A DNA stretch of 64,000 nt from Lama guanicoe (lineage: Eukaryota). The DNA lies in contig MU053881.1 of assembly GCA_013239625.1 (NCBI GenBank), positions 9,571,957 to 9,635,956 of the forward strand, written 5' to 3'. Below the pieces are notes generated by a model that had not been told where the DNA came from, ran no database searches, and was given only the letters and a program-made list of their open reading frames with translations. The position numbers and the translations under genes were made by a program. Numbering within the stretch: position 1 is the stretch's first letter; each line of letters starts with the position of its first letter. Of the stretch, positions 1 to 14,295 are shown in pieces.

Positions 1-744
1 ATGCCTCTCTGATGACTGTCTCTCTCTCATCCTGAGTCATTCCCCTTGCTTTTCAATCTGCTAACACTGCCAAGTTCATGCTCGTGCTTTAATAAATGTT
101 TCATGCGACATGTTCGGTGTCCTAGGAGAGCTCCCAGACTTTCCCCACTGAAGTTACCGTAGGCAGAGAGGAATGAACATGTACCCCTGGGGGACCTGGG
201 GGCTTAGCCCAAAGCAGCCGAAAGCAAGCCTGAAAGTGCTTTAAAGTATTGTGTTTCGTTTTAAAAATTCATGTGAATTTTTATATGCGGTTCTATAAAT
301 ATCTCCGTATTTGTGATACTATTAAAATAATATTTCCCTCCAACTTGTTCAGTAAAATTGATGCTCCCGGAAGACGTGTCACGCTAATCCTGTGATACTT
401 GGTGCATCTTGTGATAGCATCATCTACCCTCCAGGGGTTCACACACCTAATGCAGGTCGGGGGAGGACTTCTCCACTCCTTAGATTTCTCCCCTGTGACT
501 GGCGATCTATTAGCATAACACGCCTGACCAACCTAGACGCCACCCTCAGTTATTCCCAGGGGAAGGAGGAGGGCCTTAATCCCTTGGCAAATTTGAAAGG
601 AAAAACTGCTCAGCAGTAGCTCAGTCTCTCTCTCTCTCCTTCTTTCTCCTCCTCTGCCTACCTTGGGAGGAAGCATCTCATAAGATGCACAAATGCTACT
701 CTGTCCCTCCAGATCATAACATTCGAAAGGGCTTGTCCAAACTG

Positions 745-837
745 CCCGTACAGTGATAGAGGTTAGAAGAGGGGTTTCCTTCAGGAGGGAGCCTCTTGGG
801 ATGCTAGAAACCTGCTAAATCTGGGTGGTGGTCACAC

Positions 838-872
<35 letters not shown>

Positions 873-975
873 TGTGTACACACATATATATATATATACA
901 CACATACACATACACACACAAAATTTGATCAAGCTGTAGAAGATATTTGACTTCCTTCTTTATAAGTTATATGCC
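745..975 (+). mobile_element. Ancient L1M 3'UTR fragment containing a (TG)n/(TA)n/(CA)n microsatellite
   Basis: GTGATAGAGGTTAGAA...ATCTGGGTGGTGGTCACACAGGTGTG...ATCAAGCTGTA; microsatellite at 840-920. Confidence 0.6.
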
Positions 976-2289
976 ACTAAAAAAGCAAAAAAAAAGCAAC
1001 AAGAAACAACAACAAAATGAATTTTTTTAAAGGGATTTGATACTTCTTTACCCACAGCACCTCTTTGGGGTTCCAAGCTCTGCCAGTGCCTAGCAGAGCG
1101 TGTTTTTCCATTTCCAGTTACTGATATCGGTTTTATTAGCAAAGAGGGTACAATCTCATCTCCTCTCCCTCATCGTCTTATTATTTCTTTCTTGGTTCAG
1201 AACTCTGAAATGCTACTGATGAGTGCTACTCTGGAGTGTCTAGGTAACCAGGATGGGGATCCCTATGGAAGCTACTAGGTAGCTTGTAAGCCTTCCCTAA
1301 GTTAAGGGAGGGGACATCATGACCAGGAGCCCCAGTGATATTGGAGACAAATCCCCCGATCAGAGCCATATGTTCTAGCTAAGGTGTTAGGACACAGACC
1401 CTCAATCAGGGCTGTCCAGGCTGGACAGGTAGGCGGTATATCACCCCATCCTGCAGTCAGAAAAACACACAGCCCGAAGCCTGGTACATATCAGGTATTT
1501 CAAGAAATGTCATTTCTTCACCTTCTATTCCCTAATTTGAGCTTCTGTGTCCCTAAGGAAAATGTGCAATTGATGTCTTATATAGAAACTATGGCTTCAA
1601 GAAGAAACAAACACATCTGTAACATTGTAAGAGAATTTCTAGGTCTCCAGCCCATTAGGAGAATGTTTTAACCTAACCATGATGAGATATTGCGCACCCA
1701 GAAAGTATTTCATCGAATGCCATTTTCACAGAAAACATTCAACAGAAATTTGATGACAGGCTACAAAGCGACATGTAGACATGGTCAGAGTTCAAGTTAT
1801 GCTTAATTACGGGCTGTCAGTTACCAAGTGGGAAGTTCAAAATGCCACAGTTAACCAACACGCATGCTAACCTATTCCACTAGAAGGAAAACATTTTTTA
1901 AACAGCATTTAACATTTGCTACAAAGCCCTGGAAAGAAGCCAGGGGAAAAGAAACAATTAAAAGATTGTTTCAAGTGACAAATCTACTTGTCTGAGCAAA
2001 CAGGAGTATGGGACTAGCATCTGCAATGTGTGTGTATCCCAAGCAGGGTAGCAATAAAAACTGTCCACGGAGAGAATATACTGAATCACTGTCACTACAT
2101 GGACAGTGGTGGAGGGGGAGCTTTGTGTTGCTCAAGGGAAACAGAGCCTGGGTGTGGTCCCACCTGTTCAACCCTGCCTGTGCCGGCAGGCAACAAGTAG
2201 AGCTTTGGGGACTGGAAAAGGAAACAGGAACTGCCAATGACGTTTGGCTTGAGTCCATGGACCCACAAGCCATACTGCTTTGAGTTCAC

Positions 2290-2465
2290 GTGGTGCCTTG
2301 TGAATGACCCAACCTCTTTGTGCCTTGGTCACATCATCCATAAATTAAGCACCAGAATAGTACCTACCTCGTGCTGTTCTAAGGATTGCATGGCTAAATA
2401 AATATTAAAGCACTTAGAATTAGGCTTGACATGTAGACAACACTCTGTGTGTTGACTACTATTAT
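2290..2465 (+). mobile_element. MIR SINE
   Basis: AATAGTACCTACCTCGTGCTGTT...AAAGCACTTAGAA. Confidence 0.75.
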
Positions 2466-2861
2466 TTTCGTCTATCCAAATTATCTGCATCTGCAGATAA
2501 TAAAAAGCACACACACACATACTGATCTATATGTCCATAGAAATCCATCAACACTCCCGGGTCATTCTTCACATGTTTGCGCATCGGGTCCAGATTACCC
2601 AATTGTGCGTTGTGCCCAAGTCATTAACTGAGTTTACACCATTCTATCTTTAAAAGATAAATGCTGATAGCAATCTGCAATAACCCACACGGAAGCCTAC
2701 ATCAAGGAAAATTCTAAGGGCCCAGATCCTTCCTTTTATTTTCTGTAATTCAATGACTTCTTAACCTCCAGCTCCCCAGTGACAGCATAGCCATGGAGTG
2801 TAACTGCCGTCCAAGCACTCTGTCCCTGTTGTGAACTCCAACCATATTGAAACCTACAATC

Positions 2862-3072
2862 ATACAAACTGCTATATACAAAATGGATCAACAGCAAGGT
2901 CCTACTGTAGAGCACAGGGAACTATATTCAATACCTTGTAATCACCTATTATGAAAAAGAATATATATATTATATATATATATAATATATATAATGACTA
3001 ACTCACTATGCCGTATACCAGAAACTAATACAACACTGTAAATGAACAATATACTTCAATTAAAAAAATAAA
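2862..3072 (+). mobile_element. 5'-truncated L1 3'UTR fragment
   Basis: AGCACAGGGAACTATATTCAATACCTTGTAAT...CCAGAAACTAATACAACACTGTAAA...A tail; homologous to 63020-63210. Confidence 0.92.
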
Positions 3073-3289
3073 GCAAAACTCTGCACTGGATTATTTCCTG
3101 AGTAATGAATACTGAGCAATATATAATCAAAGGCTTCTTTTGAGTGTGGTCAGCTTTTCCTACCAAGCTATTCTGTAAATTCTTTGTGGATAAAGAACAA
3201 AATCACATACCTCTGTGCACATGACATAGCCTCAACCCCTTAGGCACTGAGAGTTTATCACAGCTACGCCACACAGCTCTGTCTTGCAT

Positions 3290-3480
3290 CCTTCCTACAT
3301 TCTAAGCACTGTGCTAAGTATTTTTTTATAGGCATCCTCTTATTTAATATGCATGATAATTTATTACTCCCATAGATTACAGATAAGGAAACCAACACTT
3401 AGAAAACTAAAGCACAAGATGGGTGGAGAAGCTAGGATTCAAATACCTTTTACTTTCAGCCTAGACCCTGGAGCTCAATA
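3290..3480 (-). mobile_element. MIR SINE
   Basis: GCACTGTGCTAAG...TTACAGATAAGGAAAC...AGGATTCAAA. Confidence 0.7.
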
Positions 3481-4445
3481 TTCTAACCTGTCAATGTAGA
3501 GGTTTCTTATTCCGTGGTTCCCCTTCCAACAGCATCTCCACTTCATTCTTACACTCTTGCTTAGTTTGGGGTTTCTCGTATTTTGCTTGAGTTTGGAGAG
3601 TAGATTTCTAACTACACTCTCTGTGTCTCATATGGTCTGCTGGGTGGGGGAAACAGTGATTCTGGAAGAGATTCAGAGAGGGTCTCAGGAAGACAGTGGA
3701 GAGATCGGGACACCAGCGATGAGTTCAGTCCCACTTCCTGGACAAGGCCGCCTTGGCCCTGAACTAGCTCTCTCCGCATCCCATCACTCCTCACACATTT
3801 CCTGAGAGTCTCCTAAGGCCCAGCACCTTGACTGGGTTCCGGGGGCACTGAGATCTATAAGGCATAGGTGCCGTCCTAAAGAACTCAGTATGAAGGAAGG
3901 GCAAAGAAACAAAACTTATGAGCAATGAGTGCCTAGGGGAAGCAGGAACTACTCCAGCAAGTTAGGGAAGGTTTTGTGACTTATGAAACTCTAGCCAGGA
4001 CTCACTAGTATAGTCAACAAATAACAATGTGTCTGAAGGGGAAAACCACTCTTACAAAGGCAACAGGACTGAACAAAGGGCACGGGGAGAATGCTTGTTT
4101 GTTCATTTGTTCCAGCAGTTTATTTAGTAGCTGCCCTGTGCCAGGCAGCACATATGACCGACGTTGCAAAGATGGATGTGACATGCTCCCTGCCCTGGGA
4201 ATAGTTGCTGGTCCAGGCAGGAGATAAACACGCAGTGTGCAAACTGAACACCTGCAATGCGATGGGGTCAGTGCTAGAGAAGCTAATGGAACCCACGGGT
4301 ACGTAGGATGACACACCACAGAACAAAAGCCAGTTCTGGTGGGAGGAATTAGCCAAGGCTTGAGTGAGGTGCTTTGAGCAGGGCCCTGGTGTCAACTGCT
4401 GGTGCAGAGAGAAGAGTGGCATTTTCTAGAAAGGGGAGATGACAC

Positions 4446-4608
4446 TAGTGGTTCTCAAAGGGGCCAGCCGCATCATCACCACCTGTGAACCTGTTGGAAC
4501 TGTAAACTCCTTCGCCTGTCCTCACTCCTACTGACCCAGAAGCTCTGAAAGTGAGGCCCGGCAAGTCCTCCGGAACGTTTGTGATTCAGGCTCAAGTTTA
4601 AGATCCCC
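4446..4608. mobile_element. MER5A-type MITE
   Basis: TAGTGGTTCTCAAAG...CCTACTGACCCAGAAGCTCTG...AAGTTTAAGA. Confidence 0.65.
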
Positions 4609-7011
4609 CCGGACCAGAACATAAATGAAGAGGCAAGAAGTGGGGCGGGGGGTAGAAATGGCAAGCAATAACCTTCTATAGCAAACCAGTAAACCCAGGG
4701 CCAGTTCATGGTGGACTTTGTAAGCCATACTGAGAAATATTATTCCCAACCTCATAATAGATACCTTTTTCGTCTTCTTAAGGATGGCACTGTGCCAAGT
4801 TGTTTTTTTCTAGGCTATTTCATTCATCCTTCAAAGCAACTCCTTGTAATAGCACCGTAGTTTTGCTCTTGTAACATATATGGACTTGGAGGCACAAGAA
4901 GGCTCTAAAGAAGCAGTATTTGTACTCAGCATCCACACACTGGCATCTTCAGCATTAACCACTTCGCTAAGGTGCCTTCTGTGGTGACAGACCCCATGCA
5001 GCGGGGCTACTGAGATGCTGGAGGGTTCCAAGTAGAACCCTCGTGTCTTAGGAAACTCCTCCAGGCAGTGGCGGGGATGATGGCCTAGGCAGTGTTTGCA
5101 TTTTGATGCCAAGGTCATTTGCCAAAGAGGCACCTCATGGAGGAGTGTGGGATATGCCTTTGCTTTGTTGAACCAAAAAGCACTGAAATGACTAGTTTAA
5201 AGTTCACACCACTGGACATTTCACAGCATAAATGCAAGTGAATGCGAGTGGCTCTGAGACCAGAGGCTCATTAAAGTAATTACTCATTAGTGGCTTTTTT
5301 TTTCTTTTTTCAAAATTTGTACTCTAAAGGCAGGCCTTTCCTTTTCGAGACCATTACTTTTCAACCCATTTAATGTTTCCTTGTAGGGTCACGATGCTAA
5401 TTTTAAGGTTCTGTTCTAATGGCTTTCTAAATGACACTTTCATTGTAGTCAAATGAATGCATCAAGTCACTCTTGCAGGTAGAGATGTACCACTGACTCA
5501 CAGTTAGAAGGTTATGAAGATTTCTAAACTGTTCATTTGAAGATGTATTAATCACTTGCAAACTTAAAGAAAGTGAATAAAAGTGGTGTTTTCACTAAAG
5601 CCTTTTGGGGTTGGGAAAGCTGCCTATAAATTGCTTTTTGAATTCCCCTATAGACAACTGCTTTTGCTCATTTTTGAAAACCCTTAATTCTCACTGAGAG
5701 CTTATTTTTTCAAAGGGACCGTTTTTATAGAGAGTACAAATTTGGGAAACATTCCTGCTTCTGCTAAATAAACCAAACACTTCTTCTTGACCCAAATCAA
5801 AATGATTTGCTTTTCTTGGCCACAGATGCCTTTCTGGTGGCTACCTGTCACCCTGCTGAGGAAGCTTCATGTCCTAGGGCAGCTTTCAATGAGGAGTAAA
5901 GGCAGGTGAGGTGAATGCACCTGTGAAGTCACGTCTCTGTCTCGTGAATCATGGTTCCATGACACATGGTCTGATTTCAGAGACTATCAAAATAACTATG
6001 TGTGAAAACAGAAGTCAAAATGATAACAAAACAGTCTGGAGCCATCCACCGTTCACAGAAGTAGATCTGACGCACTTACCTTACTAAGCCCAACGCTCCA
6101 GGGAAACATTGCCACCTGAAACCTTCCTTAGCACAACTGGAATTTAAAGTGATAATCTTTGGGGTTTTCCTTGATGCAGTTTTTTTTTTAAGGTAAAGTA
6201 GCATGGATATGATTTACCTCAGAAATCAAAACAACAAAAAACGAATGTGCAGTACATTCTGAGTGGTGCTATAAGGGGATGCCATTACAGCTGTATTTGT
6301 TTTTATTATTAAGTATTATGCCATCAGCATAATACTTCCTGTTAGGAAATGAATGCGTTTCCTTGTGCTTGTGACTTTGCAGTTTATAATTCTTCCACCT
6401 TAAATCGATAAGGAGGGAGTAGCAATCAGGGAAATATACACCGTGGGTTCTTTCCGGTTTTATTTATGTTGTTTAACATAAAGATGAAATTAGCATCAAG
6501 GGTATTTCGAGGGAAGAAAGAAGTCACAAAAGGGCAAGCTGCAGGAAATACATGATGAGAGAGAGGACATTTTAACCATACGCCAAGAAACAGAGAAGAG
6601 CCTGGAAGTTGGAGGGGGAAGATGTGGGATCAGTTTTGTGCCAGCTGGTAAAGACACCACCTTCTTTCCCAGTGGCTGCTGCCCTGAAATATGCCTGATC
6701 ATCTATATATATCACTCCCCTCCCCAAACCCACGCTCATATATCCTCACAGCTATATCCCGGTTTGCCATATTTTAGGACTAGCTCAAGTTCTATATCTA
6801 TAGACATTAGAATTCTCAGCCTCTCTGAATGTGCACATGACATTTTGAAGGCTGCTTCAAACCCAATTAACTATGGTGCCTGATACCTTTTCTTCAAGTC
6901 ATGAGAAGTCTCAGGACAGGAAAAATACACGTCAAGTTAAAGTGAACATTGATGAGGCAGAGTTTGTCTGTGCACATACTTTTAATTAGAAAGTCATTCT
7001 GTCCCATGAAC

Positions 7012-7238
7012 TTTCAGTGTAGTGGCTGAGAGAGAGGAATCTAGAGCCAGATTACCTGATTGAGCCCTCGTCTGTCACTTACCAGCAGTACGACCTGGGG
7101 CAAGTGACTTACCTTTTACTGAGTCATTTAAGCAGAGTTAACAATTCCTACTTGAAGAAATCTGAGAGTTAGACATGGTGTGTAAAAGACCTAGGGAAGT
7201 GCCTCGTACAGAGCTGGTACTTAATCCGTATTAATTGT
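7012..7238 (+). mobile_element. MIR SINE
   Basis: CAGTGTAGTGGCTGAGAG...TCTAGAGCCAGA...GACCTGGGGCAAGTGACTTA. Confidence 0.75.
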
Positions 7239-7774
7239 CTCCCAATAGTACAAAGCATGCTACCCACTGAATATTATAGTCCTCGGTGAATATTTCTGTG
7301 TATGTTTGTAAATGCACGTACCTGTATAGATAGTTCACGAGCCAGCTTATGAAAAATCACAGAGGATACGGCCACTAACTCCAAGAATGGTACAGGGTAA
7401 AAAAATACACAAAAGCATCCTATTAAATAGGTTCCATATTGCTCTGTTAGAATCAAATAGATTTAGACTCTCCTCCTGAACCCGCACAGCATCAAAGGCA
7501 CAAATTCTGCTCAGACTCATTCCTTAGTGGGACTTGCCTAAACTGTAGACTTTCAGTTCTTCCTGGGACAGACCATGCCTGCACCGGCATGTTGGGTTTG
7601 CAGCATGCATGAGTTTGTGACTGTGCACTCAGCGTAGCGATTACGAGCTTCCTCCCCAGGCTGTAACTCTGAGAAAGCAGTGGTTGCAAAATTCCTATTC
7701 TTTTTGTCTTTGGCATCTCACTGTGACACGCTCCTCCCCAGGTACCTTCACCACGGCTCTCTGATATCCTGGAA

Positions 7775-7932
7775 CAGTGGTTCACATACGTTAGGGGGCA
7801 TGAGAATCACCAGAGGACTTGTTTCAACACAGATAGCTGGATTCCACTCCAGAGTTTCTGATTCAACCCAATGAGAACTCACATTTCTAACAAGTTCCTA
7901 GGAGATGCTGTTACTGCTGTTCCAGTAACTAC
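7775..7932. mobile_element. MER5A-type MITE
   Basis: CAGTGGTTC...GAATCACC...CCAGAGTTTCTGATTCA...CATTTCTAACAAGTTCCTAGG. Confidence 0.75.
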
Positions 7933-10900
7933 TCTGAATATTGTCCCGAAAGTGGATTAGATGCCTAGTTCTACTGTGAGGAAACACCGCACATTTTCCC
8001 AAGCAGCACCAAAGACTTTTAACCAAACCCAGACACCAGTGATAAAGTCACAACATCTGAAGCAGTATCTAATCATTATAGGATGGTCTTTTTAGACCAT
8101 CTTTGATTCCAAAAATAATGAAAATACTAACACTAGAGAGTGTATGTGTAGCTGATGGGGAAACCAGCTCTATCATCTACTGAACGCTGGCGACTGCTAG
8201 GCACTGCCCTGGCCTTGACGCTGGTGACTCTCGCATGTGTGGGTGGTCACATACTACCACGATTAGAAGCTCCCTGGGACAGAAGATGAAATCTGTAGAA
8301 CTCTCACAGCATCAGGCACAGTGCTCTGCTCGTAACAGGTGCTCAGGAAAGTTTTTACCAAAGGTAGGAGTGAGTGACATATCGGAAATTTCAATAAGCC
8401 ACACAAGAACATTCTGTGGGAGGCAACCATCCAAGAGAGATGCGTGTATGGAATGCCTAACAGGCGCAAGGTTTTATACAAAGTCCTCCTTTTGTCTATT
8501 TTGATCTGCATCCTAGGAAGGGAAGGTAGGTGAGTACATAAATAATTATATCCCAAAGTGGACATCAAATAAAACAATGCAGACACATTGCTATGGGAAC
8601 CACAGCTTAATATCAGGGAGATGGACCCTGGATGGTACATCACAACATCTTCTGTCCTTAGGAAAACGGTCCTTATAAAAACATTTATGGTTTTTGCTTT
8701 TATTCCTCGGAATCCTAGAATTTTAAAGATGACAGGTACCCTCAGAATAAACTTCTGTGTAACCCTTTAGTTTATGGCTGAGGAATCTGAAGTCCGCAAA
8801 AAAGTAAAGAACCCAAGATCACAAAATGAATCTTAGAAAACCCACATCACTTCACCCTTAGAGGGGTATTATTCCGAGGCGAACAAAACTGATGGCATAT
8901 GAAGCTATTTTTCCATCTAGACACCACTGGTCCACATTACATATGAAAGCCTGGAAATACATATCTACAATTATTACAATTAAAAAATTTTACAATAAGT
9001 TGGGGCTCAAACCAGGTTTACTTAGAATTATATGAGCTAACAATCTTACCTTTCTCAAAAGAATTAGAACATTCGTTACTGATGCTTTAAAAGCTCTAGA
9101 AGGTGGCATAACTTGCCTAGATATAAATATAATTTTTCTTTTTCTGTACTTTTGGGAGAAGAATTTCCTTTCTGCGTATACCTGCATATACCTTTATATA
9201 GAAAGCAGAATTTAAGATTCATTTGTCTTTTCTTTTGAGGAAGAAAAAAAAAATACACCGGGAGATTACAAAGAGCAGTATTTGGGGAGCTTAGTTAAAT
9301 GCATATGCTTTCAGATTGGAATGTAAGGCATCCTTTTAGCATGGGTTTTCCTGTCCACATCCAGGGGTAGCCAGGTGTCTATGCCCTGTGCTCTACATCA
9401 GGGGATACACTGAGAAAGGATTTCAGGGTCTGTTTATTCTAGATGCCTCCCTTATGAGTTACATCACTGGATTATCACAATTTAAAATAGGCATTAAGAT
9501 CGTGGTCAAGAGAGAAAAAAAGAACAGCCAGAATCAGGCCTGTTTCCTGGAAAGAGTCTGGTAGGGACAAATATTTCCTAGGATGTGGATGAAGAAATGA
9601 TTCTGCAGATGTTAATCATTTTCACCCTGCAGATCCCTCCTTCCCCAGGTATGACTTTGCACATCAACAGACCTTTCTGTTAACTTGTTGAGAAACATTC
9701 GTAGGTAAGCTCACACCTTTTTACATCCATGTCAGAAACACACTTGATGTCCATGAAATCCTGTATAATGAGACTCACCTTTTAGGATGGGAACTGGCTC
9801 TGGGAACAGGCATATCCTGATGATTGCAGGGGCACACAAAGCCCTTGAACTTCCCCCAAATGTATTACTCTCAATTAGCTGCAATGCTGACCTCCAAATC
9901 TACTTGGCTTCCTAATTCTGCCATTAGTCATGCCTTTGAAAGTTAGGTATTAACCGTCAAAGGTCACCATGAAAGTGTATACAAGCTAGGCTGAAGGGGA
10001 GTGTGGACCATTAACAGCCATTTACACATTTGCCTGGATTTATTAGGCTCATAGGCTGTCACTGGGGAGCACCCTGTAAGGAATGGGATACAGAGAACAG
10101 GAAAATCAGTCTGGGGAGGGGAGACTCGGGGAGAGAGGAAGGGAGGGGAAAGGACAGTACACTTAATGGAATATATGCACATATCAAACGGGGCAGCCTG
10201 AAACCTGGCCACAATACACCCCAGCAGGAAATATTTAGGGACAAATTGCCAAATCAAATTCAACAGCCTTCGCGTATTGCTTGAGCACATGAATCTTGAA
10301 AGATTCACTTCATTTTATTTCTTACTTATAATTAGTAAGGTATGTATATAAATTGGGAGCTTGGGACCTCAAAAATTGAAAAAATTTAATGATGTTTTAT
10401 CACAGTTTGGATTTTAACCAGAGGTTTATGTATAAATTAAGGTGCGTGGAAAGAATCCACGAATGCAAGACTACAGGAAGAAATCTGAAGTCAAGTAATT
10501 TAAACTCTCTGCCTCATTTTATCCATCTGGAAAAAAAAAATAGCTATCGCTATTTCCTACCAATTCTCACAGGGTCGGTACAAGATTTAAATGAGCTTCA
10601 CAATCTTTTTTGAGATTCTCCAGAAGCGGCTTGCAATATATCAAAGTATTTAAACTGTGTTCCCCATTGTATAAATTCAAAGTACTTGTCAGCACCCCAT
10701 GAATGTTTTACTAAGGTCACTTGAAGGAAACACACTTATTCCAGGTTTCTATTTTCCACTCTAATCTATATAGAGCCAAGTTTTTGATCCTATCAGCTGT
10801 TTGATCTTGGCAGTTATAATCAAGGAGTTTCCTATGAAAAGAGAGACAGGGCTACGTACTCATGGAGACTTTCAAAAGCACCGCACTAAGAAACTGGAGA

Positions 10901-12999
10901 CCGAGGACTAGCCCCTCACTTTTCGACCGCCTGGGGCCACCGAGCAAGATGCTAAAATTCCCATTCCTGAGAGACACGGAAACACGATCTGGACCCCGCC
11001 TGACTCTTACATCTCACCAGGTCCCACGGTCCCGTTCACTCAAGGTGCCTCCACCCTGCAGGCTCTCTGTTCTGTTCCTTAAACTCTCAGCTCCTTTTAG
11101 CTTAACGTCTCCACTTGCTCTCCGTACTGCCTGGTGCAATCCTCTGTCAGATCTTGGCCCCAGTGGCTCTTTCTTCTCATTCAAGTCTCGGCTAGAATGT
11201 CCTCTCTTCTGAGGCGACCCTCCTGACCTGCCACCCCACTACCATGTTTTAACTGTTTCTCATCACTGTGCCCAGGCTTGTATTGTCTTCATAATCTTCA
11301 GCTGCCATCTGACAGTCTCTTCCTTACTTGTTTATCTATTACCCACCTCCCACTAGAAGATGGTCTCCCTAAAAGCAGGGACCCTGTCTGCAGTGTTAAA
11401 AGCTGGAAATCTATCACTCAAAACAAGAACACAAGAAAAGGTGATGTGGCCACAGAGTCACCCCAGTTGAACATGTTAAGGAAATGAATGAAGCTTCTCG
11501 GTGCTGGGAGCCACGTGACATGGTTTTCTTTGCAGCCATGCTTCTAACTAGGTCGGTGACCTTTGGCAAGTCTACTGATGCTATGGGGCTTGGATCTTTT
11601 ACCCTAGTAATGGACAGGCAAAGCCTATGTGCTTCTGCTCCACCCCACTGCCCCCATGATGGGCATCTTTAGTTGATCTGGTCACTTTTCCACCAACCAT
11701 ATGAGACTCATATTCTCTGTCAACACAGCACTCCAAGCAGCCACGATTAAGACTTGGCTGATGGCGTTTGAGATAAACAGTTTTCTGCCACCACTTCATT
11801 AGATGATCTCTAATGAGACTTTCAGGCTCTGCTCAAATATCTATGATTGAAGACAAGGGCCAAAGAAAATCTTATAATCTTATCTAAAGTGCCAAAAAAT
11901 TAGGTCCATGCCCCAGGACCTAGGAAGAGGGCAGTAAGAAGTACCAGGAAGGAATGTAAGTCCACAGCGTTCTAAGATGGATGAACATCTCGGAAAGACG
12001 ACTCCCGATGGCTAATTCTGCATTTTCCCTCCTCTTCTCAGGGCCTGGAAAGGGCAGATAAGACTATGCAACACTGAGAAACAGCAAACCTGGGTTTCAT
12101 GCTTTTTCTTCAATTCAAATCCCATTCCGGGATAATGGTCAGCATGATTTCGCTGGAGTCCTGTGTGTGCCATTTCCACGTCCATCACTACTTCCTCACT
12201 GCTCTCTAGGGGATGAGGTTCCAGCCTCATCACCTTTGAGTGGAGTGTCACCGAAGTGGGCTTTCAGCCTTTTCTCCTCTGGCCTTCTCCCAACCTTTCC
12301 TCCCTGCAGCAGGAGACTGCAGTTTATCAATTCAAATCCCTCCCTCTCCGACCAGACCACTCCCCGACTGAAAATGTCCCAATGGCCTCCTTTCTCTCTC
12401 AAGGTAGCACCTACACTCCCCAACCTGCAGAGCCCTTCCTGACCTAGACATGCCATGGCACTGACCTTCATCCCCACTGTGCTCCTCACCAGGCTCCAGG
12501 GCTCACTTCTTTTTCTCTGCGTCCAGTGTCCCAGCCAGTCTTTCTCACTGAGAGCACAACGCACACACCACGCCCCCTTCCACTCTTCTCTACCTCCAAA
12601 GCCCACTCCTAGGTTTGAGACGTAAGTTTCTCAGTGGAAACATCACACTGTGTCAATCCTTATTACATCACTTGCCACATTCTCTTATAACTACATTTTA
12701 CCCTCCCTCCTCCATCAGACAGAGTTCTTAGACCACAGAAGTGCTGACTCTTACCTCTGCCTCCCCTGTAGCTATCACAGTGGCCTCTGTGAAACAAGTA
12801 TGTAATAAACAAGAACTCAAAAGTAAACTTTTTGAAACGCGATATATTTCCTGCTTTGAGAGTCTGCCTGTCTCTGACGGATTGTTTTCTGTTGTAATAA
12901 GTCACCAACACCTAGCAGAGTGCTTCACTACGTATTATACACTCATTATGCATCTTAAACACTTAAATATTTTATTTTCATGAAAAAGACAATTGCATA

Positions 13000-13175
13000 G
13001 TTACGTGCTGGGCAATTGTCTACATACTTTAAAAACATTAACTAATTGCATCTGTATTTGAGTTAGGTACTATTAATTTCCTCATTTTACAGATGAAGAA
13101 ACCAAGGCAGAGAGAGACCAAGTAATCTGCACTGGGTGACAAGGATACTAAGAGGCGGAGCAGGGATGTGTGAGC
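13000..13175 (-). mobile_element. MIR SINE
   Basis: AGGTACTATTAATTTCCTCATTTTACAGATGAAGAAACCAAGGCAGAGAGAG (MIR core). Confidence 0.8.
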
Positions 13176-14295
13176 AGGTGGCTTTTGGAGCAAATGTGCG
13201 TGTGCATACAAACAGGAACAAATCATGGTTGGGTCCGCTGATGACAGTACTAGGTAGACCCAATGATTAGAACTAGGCAAATGCTTGTCAGCTTTTTCTA
13301 CTTTCACGATCCAAAAGCCTTCCTTTTCTTATCATACTATCTCAAGTCCTTCTCTGGAATAAACAGCGAAGGATGAGAACTCCTTGAGAAAGACTGAAAG
13401 GAGACAAAGCAAAACACACAGAGCTCTGTGCTGCCCTTGCTAGGCAACATCTGCTCCCCTCCCTCCCCCTTCACTTGTGATATATCGGCACATAAGCACA
13501 TTGATACTCGTGAGAAAAATTACAGTCATCAAGGTTATCTCCCCAAGAAGCAACTCTCTTTCTTTATTAATATGCTTCAGATTGTCGCAACACTACAAAG
13601 CCAAAAATAAGTTTTCTTTGATCAATAAATTGTAGGCTGGGAAAGAAAATACTAATTTTCCATTTCTTTGAGACCCAGCACTAACATATAACAGAGCTTT
13701 CCAAAAGGGTTCTCAGAAACCTGATACAGAATTATCTGAAATTACACTCAACCATGCCTGCAAGATCATTCTGTTCTCTGCCACTTTAGAGAGGTGTCTT
13801 CTGCACTTGGCAGGCTTTTTTTTTTTTAAACAGAAATCTTTGTGTACAGATATATCTTCCAATTTAAGTGTAAGCTGGGCAAAGAAAGCATCCTACATCT
13901 CCGAGTCAGTCCCTAAGAGAAAGATTGTTGAACTCCCTCTTCCCTGTCAATTTTGGGCTTCAGAACATGCCCCTTCTATCTCCAAGAGGAACTTCATTTT
14001 TAATCCTCTACAGAAGGGAGTATCAAGCCTTGCCTTCTGTGCAGTAAAATGTGTAGAATGCTGAACAGCCCACAAACTGGAAGAATGGGTAAATAGGAAT
14101 GGTTGTGAAAAAAATAAACAACTCAACTGAAGACCCATGTAATTAAGCACTGAATCAGAGGCAGCATTCCACGTAGTCCCATACGTACAAAGTATGCGTA
14201 GTCCCAGGATTTGAGTTGTGGTGCTAGTTTTGCCAAAGGCTTTGGTGGCTTGTTTCACACTCTCAAGGTTTGCTTGATTGCCTCATCACTAAATC

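Noticed and set aside
1768..1790. p53-like GACATGTAGACATGG
   Set aside because: The CATG cores are 8 nt apart instead of 10, so not a canonical pair of half-sites.
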